DNA of 64,000 bases from a virus. Its lineage: Duplodnaviria; Caudoviricetes. Shown one piece after another: positions 25,484-34,219 of the stretch. The first letter of the stretch is position 1. Each line of letters opens with the position of its first letter. The stretch lies in IMG/VR virus record IMGVR_UViG_3300033407_000005, positions 1 to 64,000 of that record; one strand, written 5' to 3'. The notes under the pieces were generated by a model. That model had not been told where the DNA came from. It did no database searches and worked only from the letters and a program-made list of their open reading frames with translations. The translations under genes were made by a program, and so were the position numbers.

Positions 25484-26449
25484 ATGCCTGACATGGCCGA
25501 CAACACGCACATCGGATGGACCGACGCCACCTGGAACCCGGTGCGCGGCTGCTCGCGCGTGTCGCCGGGCTGCGGCGGCGCCAACCACGAGGGCGGCTGC
25601 TATGCCGAGAAGATCGCGGCGCGGTTCTCCGGCCCGGGCCAGCCCTACGAGGGCTTTGCCCGGCGCACCCCGAACGGCGGCCAGTGGACCGGCAAGCTGG
25701 CGCTGGTCGAAGAGTCGCTTGACCTGCCGCTGCGCTGGAAACGCCCACGCCGCATCTTCGTCAACTCGATGTCCGACCTGTTCCACGAGGCGCTGCCCGA
25801 CGCGGCGATCGACCAGGTGCTTGAGGTCATCGGAGCCTGCGACGATCAGGACCGAGGGCATATATTCCAGATCCTCACGAAGCGCGGCGTGCGCCAGCGC
25901 GACTACATGCGCAGCGCACGCGCCTATGACGCCTGGAACCGCCGCTGCATGGCACAGGAGGCATGGCCGCCGCGGAATATCTGGCTCGGGGTCTCGGTCG
26001 AGGACCAGGAGCGCAAGCATCGCATCGACGAGTTGCGCGCGACCCCGGCCGCCATCCGCTTTCTGAGCCTTGAGCCTTTGCTTGAAGACCTCGGGGCCAT
26101 TGACCTGACCGGCATCCATTGGGTCATCGTCGGAGGCGAGTCCGGCCCCCGCGCGCGGCCGATGCATCCTGACTGGGCGCGCTCGCTCAGGGATCAGTGC
26201 CAGGCTGCCGGGGTGGCGTTCTTCTTCAAGCAATGGGGTGAGTGGATCGCCGGCGACGATCTGCCCAGCGAACATCAGGAGGCCGTCGAGCTCGGCGAGC
26301 GCCGGCTGCTGACCTATGACCAGGGGCAAAAACTGGCGGGCCGGCGAGAATATGAATTCCACAGCGACGGCTCGACGCTGATCCGCGTCGGCAAGCACGC
26401 CGCTGGCCGGCTGCTCGACGGCCGCGAGCACAACGAGTTTCCGGTATGA
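25484..26449 (+). CDS. DUF5131 / phage Gp37-Gp68-like protein
   Basis: TWNPVRGCSRVSPGC..CYAE, IFVNSMSDLFH, FQILTKR, RFLSLEPLL, WVIVGGESG, FFFKQWG. Confidence 0.92.
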   Translation: MPDMADNTHIGWTDATWNPVRGCSRVSPGCGGANHEGGCYAEKIAARFSGPGQPYEGFARRTPNGGQWTGKLALVEESLDLPLRWKRPRRIFVNSMSDLFHEALPDAAIDQVLEVIGACDDQDRGHIFQILTKRGVRQRDYMRSARAYDAWNRRCMAQEAWPPRNIWLGVSVEDQERKHRIDELRATPAAIRFLSLEPLLEDLGAIDLTGIHWVIVGGESGPRARPMHPDWARSLRDQCQAAGVAFFFKQWGEWIAGDDLPSEHQEAVELGERRLLTYDQGQKLAGRREYEFHSDGSTLIRVGKHAAGRLLDGREHNEFPV

Positions 26450-26510
26450 GCAATCACAGCAGCGGGATTCCGGCATGAGCGTGGCGCGCTGTTTCGATTG
26501 CGGCCCTGGT

Positions 26511-26870
26511 CGCGATCCGGGCGCTGCTCGGCTGGTGGGGCGAGCGGACCTGCGATTACGTGAGGCCCGAGACGTGCCGGGCTTATGTGAAGTGGCGGTC
26601 AATTGGCGGTCAATTGGCGGTCAATTGGCGGTCAAGGGACTAAATTTAGCCGATAGGCTAAACGATACTAAATATCGGCACGGCGCCGCTTCCACCGCCG
26701 GCAGAGAACTCACCGTCCTCCGTACCGCCCTCGGCTACGCGCACAGGAACGGCAAGCTGATCGACCGCCCGTTCGTCGAGCTGCCGCCGCGCCCGCCCGG
26801 TCGCGACCGCTGGCTGACCCGCTCCGAGGCCGCCGCGCTCTTGTGGGAGAGCCGTCGCGATCCCCATTGC
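26511..26870 (+). pseudogene. tyrosine integrase remnant, frameshifted
   Basis: AIRALLGWWGE..CRAYVKW then STAGRELTVLRTAL..PPRPPGRDRWLTRSEAAALL; no catalytic domain. Confidence 0.75.
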
Positions 26871-26919
26871 CACGTCGACGTGATCATCGAAGCGATCGAC
26901 GCGCTGATCGAGATCGCCA

Positions 26920-27429
26920 ATGGCTGAAGCTCTTCCCGGTTGGCTTGAAGGGCTGAGCCACAAGGACTTCCTCTTCAACGGGTCGACGTGCACCGAGGAT
27001 GCCTGGGCCAGGCTCGATTGGCATCGCGCCTATGTCGACATGGGGCCATCGCCGGCGGGAAACGCCGGGCCCTATTGGCACGTCCCGCGACCCTGCGACG
27101 AGACGATACAACGGCTCTACCCGAAGGTGCTGCGCTCAAAATGGCTGCTGCTGATCAGGCGCGCCGTCGAAGAGGCGATCGAGCGGGACCGGCGGCCGGC
27201 GGCGGCGCCGAGGACCCCAGCGCCCCGTAATAACCTTTCGGCGGCTATCCTGCAGGTATTCGCGAACAACCGCGGCCTGCGCCTCAACAGCGCCACGGTA
27301 ATAGCGCAACTTCGGCGGTCCCATCGAGGGGTGTCGGTCAGACAGATTAACAACGCGCTCGATTACCTGAAACGAACGGGCCGCCTGATTCGCGTCGAAC
27401 GAGGCCGATACGAGGCCGCCAATGGCTGA
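26920..27429 (+). CDS. hypothetical protein with C-terminal wHTH-like region
   Basis: QINNALDYLKRTGRLIRVERGRY. Confidence 0.6.
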   Translation: MAEALPGWLEGLSHKDFLFNGSTCTEDAWARLDWHRAYVDMGPSPAGNAGPYWHVPRPCDETIQRLYPKVLRSKWLLLIRRAVEEAIERDRRPAAAPRTPAPRNNLSAAILQVFANNRGLRLNSATVIAQLRRSHRGVSVRQINNALDYLKRTGRLIRVERGRYEAANG

Positions 27430-27640
27430 ACGCCGCACCCCACCCTCGTTCTGCTTTCTGCCGACCCAGATGCCGGGCGAGAAGGCGGAAGCCTATCAGG
27501 CGATCCACGAGCATCATTGCGCCGACAAGCGGCCGGGCCATCTCTGCGCCGGCAAGGTGACCCTCGATCGCCTCGGGATCACCCTGTCGTGCCCCCGGTG
27601 CGGCGATCACCGCTCGCTGTTCCCGAAGGCCGCCGGATGA
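27422..27640 (+). CDS. small Cys/His protein
   Basis: HHC..HLC..CPRCG. Confidence 0.6.
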   Translation: MAERRTPPSFCFLPTQMPGEKAEAYQAIHEHHCADKRPGHLCAGKVTLDRLGITLSCPRCGDHRSLFPKAAG

Positions 27641-27652
27641 AGGCGATCAGAC

Positions 27653-27922
27653 ATGGCTGAGGCGCCCGCTGCCGGCTGGTATGTGATCCGCCGCGCCGGC
27701 GACGGCGCGGTCTCTTGCCTCTACACCGCCGGAGACGGCTGGTGGGCGATGTGCGGCCGGAATTGCCTGGGATTGCCCCCCGGCTGGTCCCTCGGCCCGT
27801 CGCTCGACGAGCTGCTCGACATCTACGAAGCGCGGCTCAGTCGCGCCCGCCGCCCCCGCCAGCACAACGCCGACCCGCGCGAGATCGACGGAGCAGCCGA
27901 TGGCCGATCGGCCCGATTATAG
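27653..27922 (+). CDS. hypothetical protein
   Basis: coupled ORF. Confidence 0.45.
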   Translation: MAEAPAAGWYVIRRAGDGAVSCLYTAGDGWWAMCGRNCLGLPPGWSLGPSLDELLDIYEARLSRARRPRQHNADPREIDGAADGRSARL

Positions 27923-28190
27923 AGCCGACGGCGAGATCGTCGAAATTTCCGGACTCAGCGGGGAGTGGAAGCGGATGCCCGACGACATTCGCTACGTCTA
28001 CGCCGCCGGCTCAATGACCTGCTGTCCGATCTGCCAAGAAGCCGCCGCGGGAGTGCCGTGGGGCGGTTGCTTCATTTGCGACAAGCGAGGCTGTTGCGTC
28101 GCACTCGTCGATACCGGCGAGGTCTTCGTGCCTCTACCCGATCGTTCGCCCGCGTCGAGAAGCCGCCCCAGCGCCCGATCCGTTGAATAG
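27900..28190 (+). CDS. hypothetical Cys-rich protein
   Basis: CCPIC..CFICD. Confidence 0.45.
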   Translation: MADRPDYRADGEIVEISGLSGEWKRMPDDIRYVYAAGSMTCCPICQEAAAGVPWGGCFICDKRGCCVALVDTGEVFVPLPDRSPASRSRPSARSVE

Positions 28191-28213
28191 ACGAGCACCG
28201 GCATTCTAAATTT

Positions 28214-28551
28214 GGGAATTATATACATGACTTCCTCGAACTCAGGAGAAAAGCAGATGCTTGACAAGCTCGGTAACGTCATGCGCGGCGCGGAAATTGA
28301 CCGCGAGGTTATAGACAGCGGTCTCGCGGTCCTCACGCGACAGGTGCGCGAAACATGGCTTGCGACCGACTATCCAAAGGCTATGCGCAGTGATGGCGCT
28401 CAATTTAGGCACGCTTGCCTTCACGCGACCAAGGCGATCGGCAAAATCACCGCGTTGATCGATCATGCCGATCACGAACGCCTTGACGACCCAAGAAGCC
28501 CTGGCCGCGAGCCTAGGGCCATTAGGCGAGGAAGTCATGTATATAATTCCC
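28214..28551 (+). mobile_element. non-autonomous IS1595-like cassette B2 (ISNwi1-type ends)
   Basis: perfect 25-bp IR GGGAATTATATACATGACTTCCTCG; CTAAATTT at 28206 and 28552. Confidence 0.9.
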
Positions 28552-28580
28552 CTAAATTTAGTCCCTTGACCGCCAATTGA
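28227..28580 (+). CDS. B2 cargo, probably truncated; reads through the right end
   Basis: ATG inside left IR; last residues encoded by IR and flank. Confidence 0.5.
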   Translation: MTSSNSGEKQMLDKLGNVMRGAEIDREVIDSGLAVLTRQVRETWLATDYPKAMRSDGAQFRHACLHATKAIGKITALIDHADHERLDDPRSPGREPRAIRRGSHVYNSPKFSPLTAN

Positions 28581-28687
28581 CCGCCAATTGACCGCCACTT
28601 CACATAAGCCCGGCACGTCTCGGGCCTCACGTAATCGCAGGTCCGCTCGCCCCACCAGCCGAGCAGCGCCCGGATCGCGTAGCCGGC

Positions 28688-29584
28688 ATGGCTGACAGAG
28701 CCCTCGGCAAATGGCCCAGCGACGGGCTTGCCGAATGGCAAGAGGGCGATACCGCCTTCCTGTCGCTCGCCTTCACCTGGCGTCTCGACGACGCCTACAT
28801 GCGCGCGATGTGGTGGCGCGCTCGCGGGTTTCGGGTGCGCGCCGGCGGCCCCGGCATCTTCACGCGGAAGCACTACCTCGCCGAGGTCGCGGAGATCGGC
28901 GGCGATTATCCCGACGCGATCGCGCGGCACAGCCCAAACGCGACGATTGCCAGCCGCGGGTGCCCGGTCGGATGCTGGTTCTGTATCGTGCCGAAGATGG
29001 AGGGCCGCAACTTCACGCTGCTACCGGAGTTCCCGGTGCGGCCGGTGCTGTGCGACAACAACCTGTCGGCGCTCCCGCCCGCCTATCAAGATCACATCAT
29101 CGCGCGCTACCAGGGCGCCGGCGTGCCTTTGCTCGACGCGAATAGCGGTTTCGAGCCGCGCACCTTCGACGAGGATGTGTTCGCGCGCTGGCGGGTGATC
29201 AACAAAGGCCCCTGGCGCTTCGCCTATGACGATCAGGCCGAGCGGGCTTATGTCGAGCGCGTCATGCGGATGCTGCGCGCCGTGCCGCGGCGGCGGAAGC
29301 AGATCTACACGCTGATCGGCAACGAGCCTTTCGCGGCGTGCAAAGAGCGGATCGACGAGGTTGTCGGCTGGGGCGGGGAGCCCTACGCCCAGCCCTATAT
29401 GAAGCTCAACGCCCTGGAAAAGCGGCCGCACGTCCGGTTCGACTGGACGGAAGGGCTGCTGCTGCGGTTGCAACGCTGGTGCAACTATTCCCGCCGCTCG
29501 GGAGTGACCTGGGAGGAATACCGCGCCTCGGCCAAGACCAGCCGTCGCGACGACGGCCCGATGCTGGATTTCGCCGATGGCTGA
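28688..29584 (+). CDS. radical SAM protein
   Basis: SRGCPVGCWFCIVPKMEG CxxxCxxC; DNNL. Confidence 0.88.
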   Translation: MADRALGKWPSDGLAEWQEGDTAFLSLAFTWRLDDAYMRAMWWRARGFRVRAGGPGIFTRKHYLAEVAEIGGDYPDAIARHSPNATIASRGCPVGCWFCIVPKMEGRNFTLLPEFPVRPVLCDNNLSALPPAYQDHIIARYQGAGVPLLDANSGFEPRTFDEDVFARWRVINKGPWRFAYDDQAERAYVERVMRMLRAVPRRRKQIYTLIGNEPFAACKERIDEVVGWGGEPYAQPYMKLNALEKRPHVRFDWTEGLLLRLQRWCNYSRRSGVTWEEYRASAKTSRRDDGPMLDFADG

Positions 29585-29930
29585 GCGCTTCTACACGCTG
29601 GCGGAGGCCGCGGCCGAGCTCGGCATCCACAAGCGCACGCTGCAGCGCCGCATCGCCGAATCGGGGCTTGCCTTTGCCCGGCCGGGGCGCGCTCCCTTAT
29701 TGACCGAAACGGACATGAAGCTGCTGCTGGAGACCACGCGATGCCGCTCAAGCTCATCCCGCCCGGACAGCGCCGCGGCAACCCGTTCTTCCTCCTCCGA
29801 GGGTCGGTCGGCGGCCGAGAGCTTGAGGTCTCTACAAAGACGGCGGACCGGAAGGCTGCTCGGCGATTTAAGGCGGAGTTCGAGCGGGCCCTCGCGCAGG
29901 ATCGTCTCCCTGGACCTGGAGAGACGCTGA
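29577..29930 (+). CDS. excisionase-like HTH protein
   Basis: YTLAEAAAELGIHKRTLQR; overlaps int. Confidence 0.8.
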   Translation: MAERFYTLAEAAAELGIHKRTLQRRIAESGLAFARPGRAPLLTETDMKLLLETTRCRSSSSRPDSAAATRSSSSEGRSAAESLRSLQRRRTGRLLGDLRRSSSGPSRRIVSLDLERR

Positions 29931-30751
29931 GCTTTGCCCGGGCGGCCGAGCTCTACATCGACTGGCGCGACCCCAGCCGCGCCGATCGGCGGCGCCTGGC
30001 GCGGCTCGGGGCCGTCATCGGGCGCCGGATGGTCGCCGATATCCGCCAGGTCGACCTGGTCGAGGCGGCCAACCTGCTCGCCCCCGACAGATCGGCGGCG
30101 ACCAGGAACCGCGAGGTCATGCGGCCGGCCGCCACGGTGCTGCACTACGCCGCGACGAACGGGTTTTGCCAATGGCTCCGGGTCGCGCTGTTCCGCGAGC
30201 CCCGGCCAAAGACGCGGGCGGTCTCGCTCGACACGGCGGCGACGCTGGTCCAGGCCGCGCCGGACGGGCCGCGCCGGCTCTTCCTCCTATGGAGCTTTCG
30301 CCAGGGGACCCGCATCTCGGACACGCTGCGCGTCGAATGGGCGCAACTCGACCTGCCGCGGCAGACCGTGCGCATGAAGATCGGCAAGACCGACCGCTGG
30401 GCCAAATACCCGCTGCACCCGGAAGTGTTCGAGATCCTGGCCGCGATCCCCGCCGAGGCGCAGCGCGGCCGGCTCTTCCCGTGGCGCCAGAAAACCGGTG
30501 TCTACGCCTGGCTGCGGCCGATGACCCGCCGGCTCGGCATCCAGTTCACCCCGCACATGGCGCGCCACTCGCTCGGCACCTGGCTCAACGGATCGGGCGC
30601 GGGCCTCCGAACGATCATGGCCGCGCTCGGCCACGCCGACGCCAAATCCTCGATCCGCTACCAGGACGCCGATGTCGAGATCGTGCGTGCCGCCAGCCAA
30701 AAACTCGGGCAATTATCGGGCGGACCCTTACGCAAGGCGCAGGGAGGCTAG
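29741..30751 (+). CDS. int: tyrosine integrase (intact)
   Basis: GTRISD, K, HMARHSLG, LGH, IRY catalytic set. Confidence 0.95.
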   Translation: MPLKLIPPGQRRGNPFFLLRGSVGGRELEVSTKTADRKAARRFKAEFERALAQDRLPGPGETLSFARAAELYIDWRDPSRADRRRLARLGAVIGRRMVADIRQVDLVEAANLLAPDRSAATRNREVMRPAATVLHYAATNGFCQWLRVALFREPRPKTRAVSLDTAATLVQAAPDGPRRLFLLWSFRQGTRISDTLRVEWAQLDLPRQTVRMKIGKTDRWAKYPLHPEVFEILAAIPAEAQRGRLFPWRQKTGVYAWLRPMTRRLGIQFTPHMARHSLGTWLNGSGAGLRTIMAALGHADAKSSIRYQDADVEIVRAASQKLGQLSGGPLRKAQGG

Positions 30752-30764
30752 AGAGTGCACCAGC

Positions 30765-30809
30765 TTGGTAAGGGAGAGGTCGAAAGTTCAATCCTTTCTG
30801 GCAGCACCA
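30765..30809 (+). other. att core: 3' half of tRNA-Thr(GGT)
   Basis: TTGGTAA loop..GTTCAATCC..GCAGCACCA; 5' half absent; 14 bp after int. Confidence 0.88.
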
Positions 30810-31097
30810 CCTAACGCGTTGAGATTGTTGCGACCAGGAAACCCGGCCCGACGCTGCGACGAGGCACCAAGATGACACAAAACGACAGAACGTGACGGAA
30901 ACTGTCGGGGAATCGCCGGGTAAAATGTTCGCGATTCGCCCTCACGACGCAAGCCGCAGGCTTGTTGGTTAGCGCAAGCTGGGGTTGATCTTTGGGTGAT
31001 TGCGGGTTGGCTCGGACATTCTCACGCTCGTACTTCTGAGTTATATTTGCATCATCATCCATCGTTCCCTACAATCCGCCAGGAAGGTCATGGACTG

Positions 31098-31483
31098 ATG
31101 GACCCCGTATCAAGCCATCGAATACGCGGTTGAATTGCTAGTAAAAACGGGGTTCGTCTTCAAATACCAGTCGATGAAGACTGAAGCGAGATATTATCGG
31201 TGGTCCGACAACGAGCATAACGTGATCCGAGTCCGCCGCTCACAAACACGATCGTGGGATGCCTGGAATGGGGCGAATAGTGGCGAGAGTTACTTTCTCA
31301 CCTAAAGCGACACCCGCGCATGGATTCTCTCACGAGCATGTCGAGAACGTAGTAGCCAGCGCTATCGGCCTGTACCACCTTCGGGTGACAGGGGCGATCG
31401 TCTACAAGGGGAAGCAGCCGCGACGGACATCTACCACCAGAACTACCGTGCCGGAGCCTCCGCTGGTCGCGGTGTCCGGATAA
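31098..31483 (+). pseudogene. frameshifted hypothetical gene
   Basis: WTPYQAIEY..YQSMKTEARYY frame, then MPGMGRIVARVTF in another frame. Confidence 0.4.
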
Positions 31484-31536
31484 CGGTTTACCACAGCCCC
31501 GATCATCTCGGGCAAGCACGGAAGGTAATCCCTAGC

Positions 31537-31821
31537 ATGGCACTCTACCAACTTCCCATATCGGGAGACTTCATCGACCCCGAGACTGTGCGAGAGATCA
31601 CGGTCTTGCCGAAGTCGCGGCATTTCAGCGTCGCGCATCCGGCGGCAACCTACCCGCCCCGCGTTGTTTTGGTCACCGCCGGCGGCGGGTCCCGAGTCCT
31701 GGTTTGCGACGGTGATGCCCACGCAATCGAGATCAGGGACGAGATCGCGCAAGGCTGTGGTGCGGCACCTCGCGAACGAGGCTTTGGAGCACGGAAAGGT
31801 GATGGAGGAACCGGACCGTGA
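31537..31821 (+). CDS. hypothetical protein
   Basis: GCACGGAAGG leader. Confidence 0.6.
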   Translation: MALYQLPISGDFIDPETVREITVLPKSRHFSVAHPAATYPPRVVLVTAGGGSRVLVCDGDAHAIEIRDEIAQGCGAAPRERGFGARKGDGGTGP

Positions 31822-32147
31822 TTGACACCTTCAAGCTCGTCGGCAAGCGGGTCGAGCCAAATCCCGACCCAATCTATAGCCCGATATTCCACCAGATGGT
31901 CGGCCCGCTTCTGGTTTCGACGGTCTTTCTCGGCAGCGCCCCGCGGCGCGGCGACGGGCCGCCGTTGCCGTTCGAGACGATGATCCTTGACGACGGCGAG
32001 TCTCTGCACGAAGCGCGGACCGCGACTTGGGAACAGGCCGAGCGGGCGCATGCCGAAGCTGTCGCCATAGCGACGGCCCGGGTCAATGGCGCGGACCGGG
32101 GATATCCGGACTCCCCGCCCATCTCGTGCAAGCACGGAAGGTCATAG
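31818..32147 (+). CDS. conserved phage hypothetical protein
   Basis: VSTVFLG..PFETMI..TWEQAERAH. Confidence 0.65.
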   Translation: MIDTFKLVGKRVEPNPDPIYSPIFHQMVGPLLVSTVFLGSAPRRGDGPPLPFETMILDDGESLHEARTATWEQAERAHAEAVAIATARVNGADRGYPDSPPISCKHGRS

Positions 32148-32152
32148 ATTTG

Positions 32153-32479
32153 ATGGACAACATGGTTGAACGAGCAGCGCGGGCCGCCTACGGCAAATGG
32201 CGGGAAGCACTAGGGACCGGCGCGTTCCCGTCATGGGAGGTTATCCCGCCGACAACCCGCGAAATGTATGTCTCGACACAACGCGCCGCGATCGAGGCGA
32301 TGCGCGATGTCGATAGCGGATCACCTGAGATATTGGCTGCTGGCAAGCAATCCCTCTACTCATGCTCAGAAGACCCCGAGCTTGAAGACGCTCGCGGCTG
32401 CTGGCACAAGATGATCGACGCCATGCTCGCCGAGTTCTCCGGACTGTCCGGAAAACCCCCGTCGATGACCGGAAAATAA
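32153..32479 (+). CDS. hypothetical protein
   Basis: MVERAARA..W..ARAAIEAMR..W..MIDA pattern. Confidence 0.65.
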   Translation: MDNMVERAARAAYGKWREALGTGAFPSWEVIPPTTREMYVSTQRAAIEAMRDVDSGSPEILAAGKQSLYSCSEDPELEDARGCWHKMIDAMLAEFSGLSGKPPSMTGK

Positions 32480-32532
32480 TGGCAACATCCGTCAAACTGT
32501 GGCACCTAAAGGCTTGATACGTCGTGTGGCCG

Positions 32533-32582
32533 CTGCCTTCACACGGCAGGGGTCACTGGTTCAATCCCAGTCGCGCCCACCA
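32533..32582 (+). other. second att-like core: 3' part of tRNA-Val(CAC)
   Basis: CTGCC-TTCACAC-GGCAG..GGTTCAATCC..CGCCCACCA; 5' part absent. Confidence 0.88.
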
Positions 32583-32663
32583 TTGTTTCAATGCGTTATG
32601 ATATACGAGAAAATGGTGGCCATTATAATATGACCGGATTGCACCGCAGCATCGCAGGCGCAC

Positions 32664-33122
32664 ATGACCGACTATGATCCCTATCTCCATCGCCTTGAGG
32701 CCGACAGCGCAGCCAAGTCCGAGGCCGTGCGCCAGATGATCATAGAGGCCGGCCGACCTGACGTGCTGGCCCAATATGACGAGGCGATGCGGCTCAACCG
32801 GCTCGGCATCACCGGCGCGCGAGCGACCTGGCATAGCATCTCACCGGCACAGCGTGCCGCTCTCTTCGGCGCGGCGCATTGGGGCGGGAGGGTAGCGAAG
32901 CGCAAGGATTCTCCACGCTGCTATGGTTTCGCCGTCAACGGCGGGGTGACTGGGACGCTCTATCCGATCCGCATTTCGACAATTCGCAACCTTTGCGAGC
33001 GAGAGTTGATGGCGTGGGACGGCGGCGCGTTTGATCCAGAAGCCGAAGCGGTTGTCACCGAGCGCGGGTGCTTCGTGCTGGCCCACGGGCCGATGCCGAA
33101 CGGCGAGAGATTCACCGGCTGA
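32664..33122 (+). CDS. hypothetical protein
   Basis: 152-aa ORF followed by terminator. Confidence 0.65.
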   Translation: MTDYDPYLHRLEADSAAKSEAVRQMIIEAGRPDVLAQYDEAMRLNRLGITGARATWHSISPAQRAALFGAAHWGGRVAKRKDSPRCYGFAVNGGVTGTLYPIRISTIRNLCERELMAWDGGAFDPEAEAVVTERGCFVLAHGPMPNGERFTG

Positions 33123-33130
33123 AACGACGA

Positions 33131-33170
33131 AGGCCGGCGCGGGAATCGCTCCCGGCCGGCCTGTCTTTTT
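33131..33170 (+). terminator. intrinsic terminator
   Basis: AGGCCGGC..GCCGGCCT stem plus T-tract. Confidence 0.65.
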
Positions 33171-33231
33171 GCGGCGGATTTATTCCGAACCTATTCCTGG
33201 AGCATCACTCCCGCCCCGCTGCCTTGGCGTC

Positions 33232-33612
33232 CTACCGGACGGCGCCGGCGACCTTGGCGGCCTCGGCGATCAGCTGCCGCGCGATGCCGGCGATCCAGGC
33301 GGCGCGCTCCTCGGGCGAGGTGCTGTCGCCCTCTGGCGGCCCCAAGGCGCAGAACCGCTCGCCAAAGCCCCTGATCGCCGCGACCGCGAGCCCGGCCGCC
33401 CCGCCGGTCGCGGCGTTGCCGGCCATCGTGCCGGCGGCAAGGGCGAGCTGCACCAGCGGGTTGGCCTCGGCCTTGTGGAACTCGGCGCAGCCCCGCGCGA
33501 TCGCCGGGCCGGCGCGCTCCTCGAACCGGGCGATTGCGGCGGTGATGCCGGCGCAGCCGGCGAGCAGGGCAACAGCGATCACGCCGGCCAGCGCCGGCTT
33601 CCTGAGACACAT
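33232..33612 (-). CDS. lipoprotein (possible spanin)
   Basis: lipobox LLAGC; lysis cluster. Confidence 0.6.
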   Translation of the reverse strand: MCLRKPALAGVIAVALLAGCAGITAAIARFEERAGPAIARGCAEFHKAEANPLVQLALAAGTMAGNAATGGAAGLAVAAIRGFGERFCALGPPEGDSTSPEERAAWIAGIARQLIAEAAKVAGAVR

Positions 33613-33672
33613 CGGAGTTTTCCTTTTCGGCGGGGGAGAGGGAGGGGGCCGCGATCCACGCGCGGCGCGGGT

Positions 33673-34152
33673 TCAGCCCGCGGCCGAGGCGGTGTTGAGC
33701 TGCCCGGTGGTCATCGAGCCGGCCGGGAACACCGGCGGCGACACCGGCGGCGTCACCGGCGAGGCGGCGACCGGCATCATCGCGGTCGGGAAGAGGCGGT
33801 TGAGTTCGGCCCGAAGATACGTATCGGTTGCGGCCGGATTGTCGGGGTCCAGGCCGATCGAGCGCAATGCCGGCGCGAACTTGGCGACCGCATAGGGCAG
33901 CGCGAACGCCAGGATCGCATTCTTCGTTTCGATGTGATCGTAGCCCTTGGCGGCAATCGTATCCCGCATGGCGCCGGCGCCGGCCTGGATCGCCTTGCCG
34001 AGCGCATCGTCGAAGGCCTGGATCGCCTCGCTGTTCGCCTCGATGCCCAGCTTCCGGGCAAAGCGGCTCAGTGCCCATGTGCCGAACGTCGTGAGCGCAA
34101 TCGCGCACAGCGATATGACCGCGCCGAAGATCGGCGAGAGATCGACTTCCAT
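33673..34152 (-). CDS. holin-like membrane protein
   Basis: N-terminal transmembrane helix, near endolysin. Confidence 0.55.
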   Translation of the reverse strand: MEVDLSPIFGAVISLCAIALTTFGTWALSRFARKLGIEANSEAIQAFDDALGKAIQAGAGAMRDTIAAKGYDHIETKNAILAFALPYAVAKFAPALRSIGLDPDNPAATDTYLRAELNRLFPTAMMPVAASPVTPPVSPPVFPAGSMTTGQLNTASAAG

Positions 34153-34219
34153 TGCCGCTTCCTTTTGGTTCCGAGGATCGTCAGCGCCGAGCGCCTTGTG
34201 TGGGGAACGGATGCGTCGG

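Larger units (their letters stand above)
26511..28679. repeat. long inverted repeat (26511-26649 vs 28552-28679) differing by one 11-bp unit
   Basis: GGCGGTCAATT x3+partial vs x2+partial; otherwise identical. Confidence 0.92.

Noticed and set aside
30765-30809. Complete tRNA-Thr gene
   Set aside because: No D-arm or 5' acceptor strand.
32533-32582. Complete tRNA-Val gene
   Set aside because: No D-arm or 5' acceptor strand.
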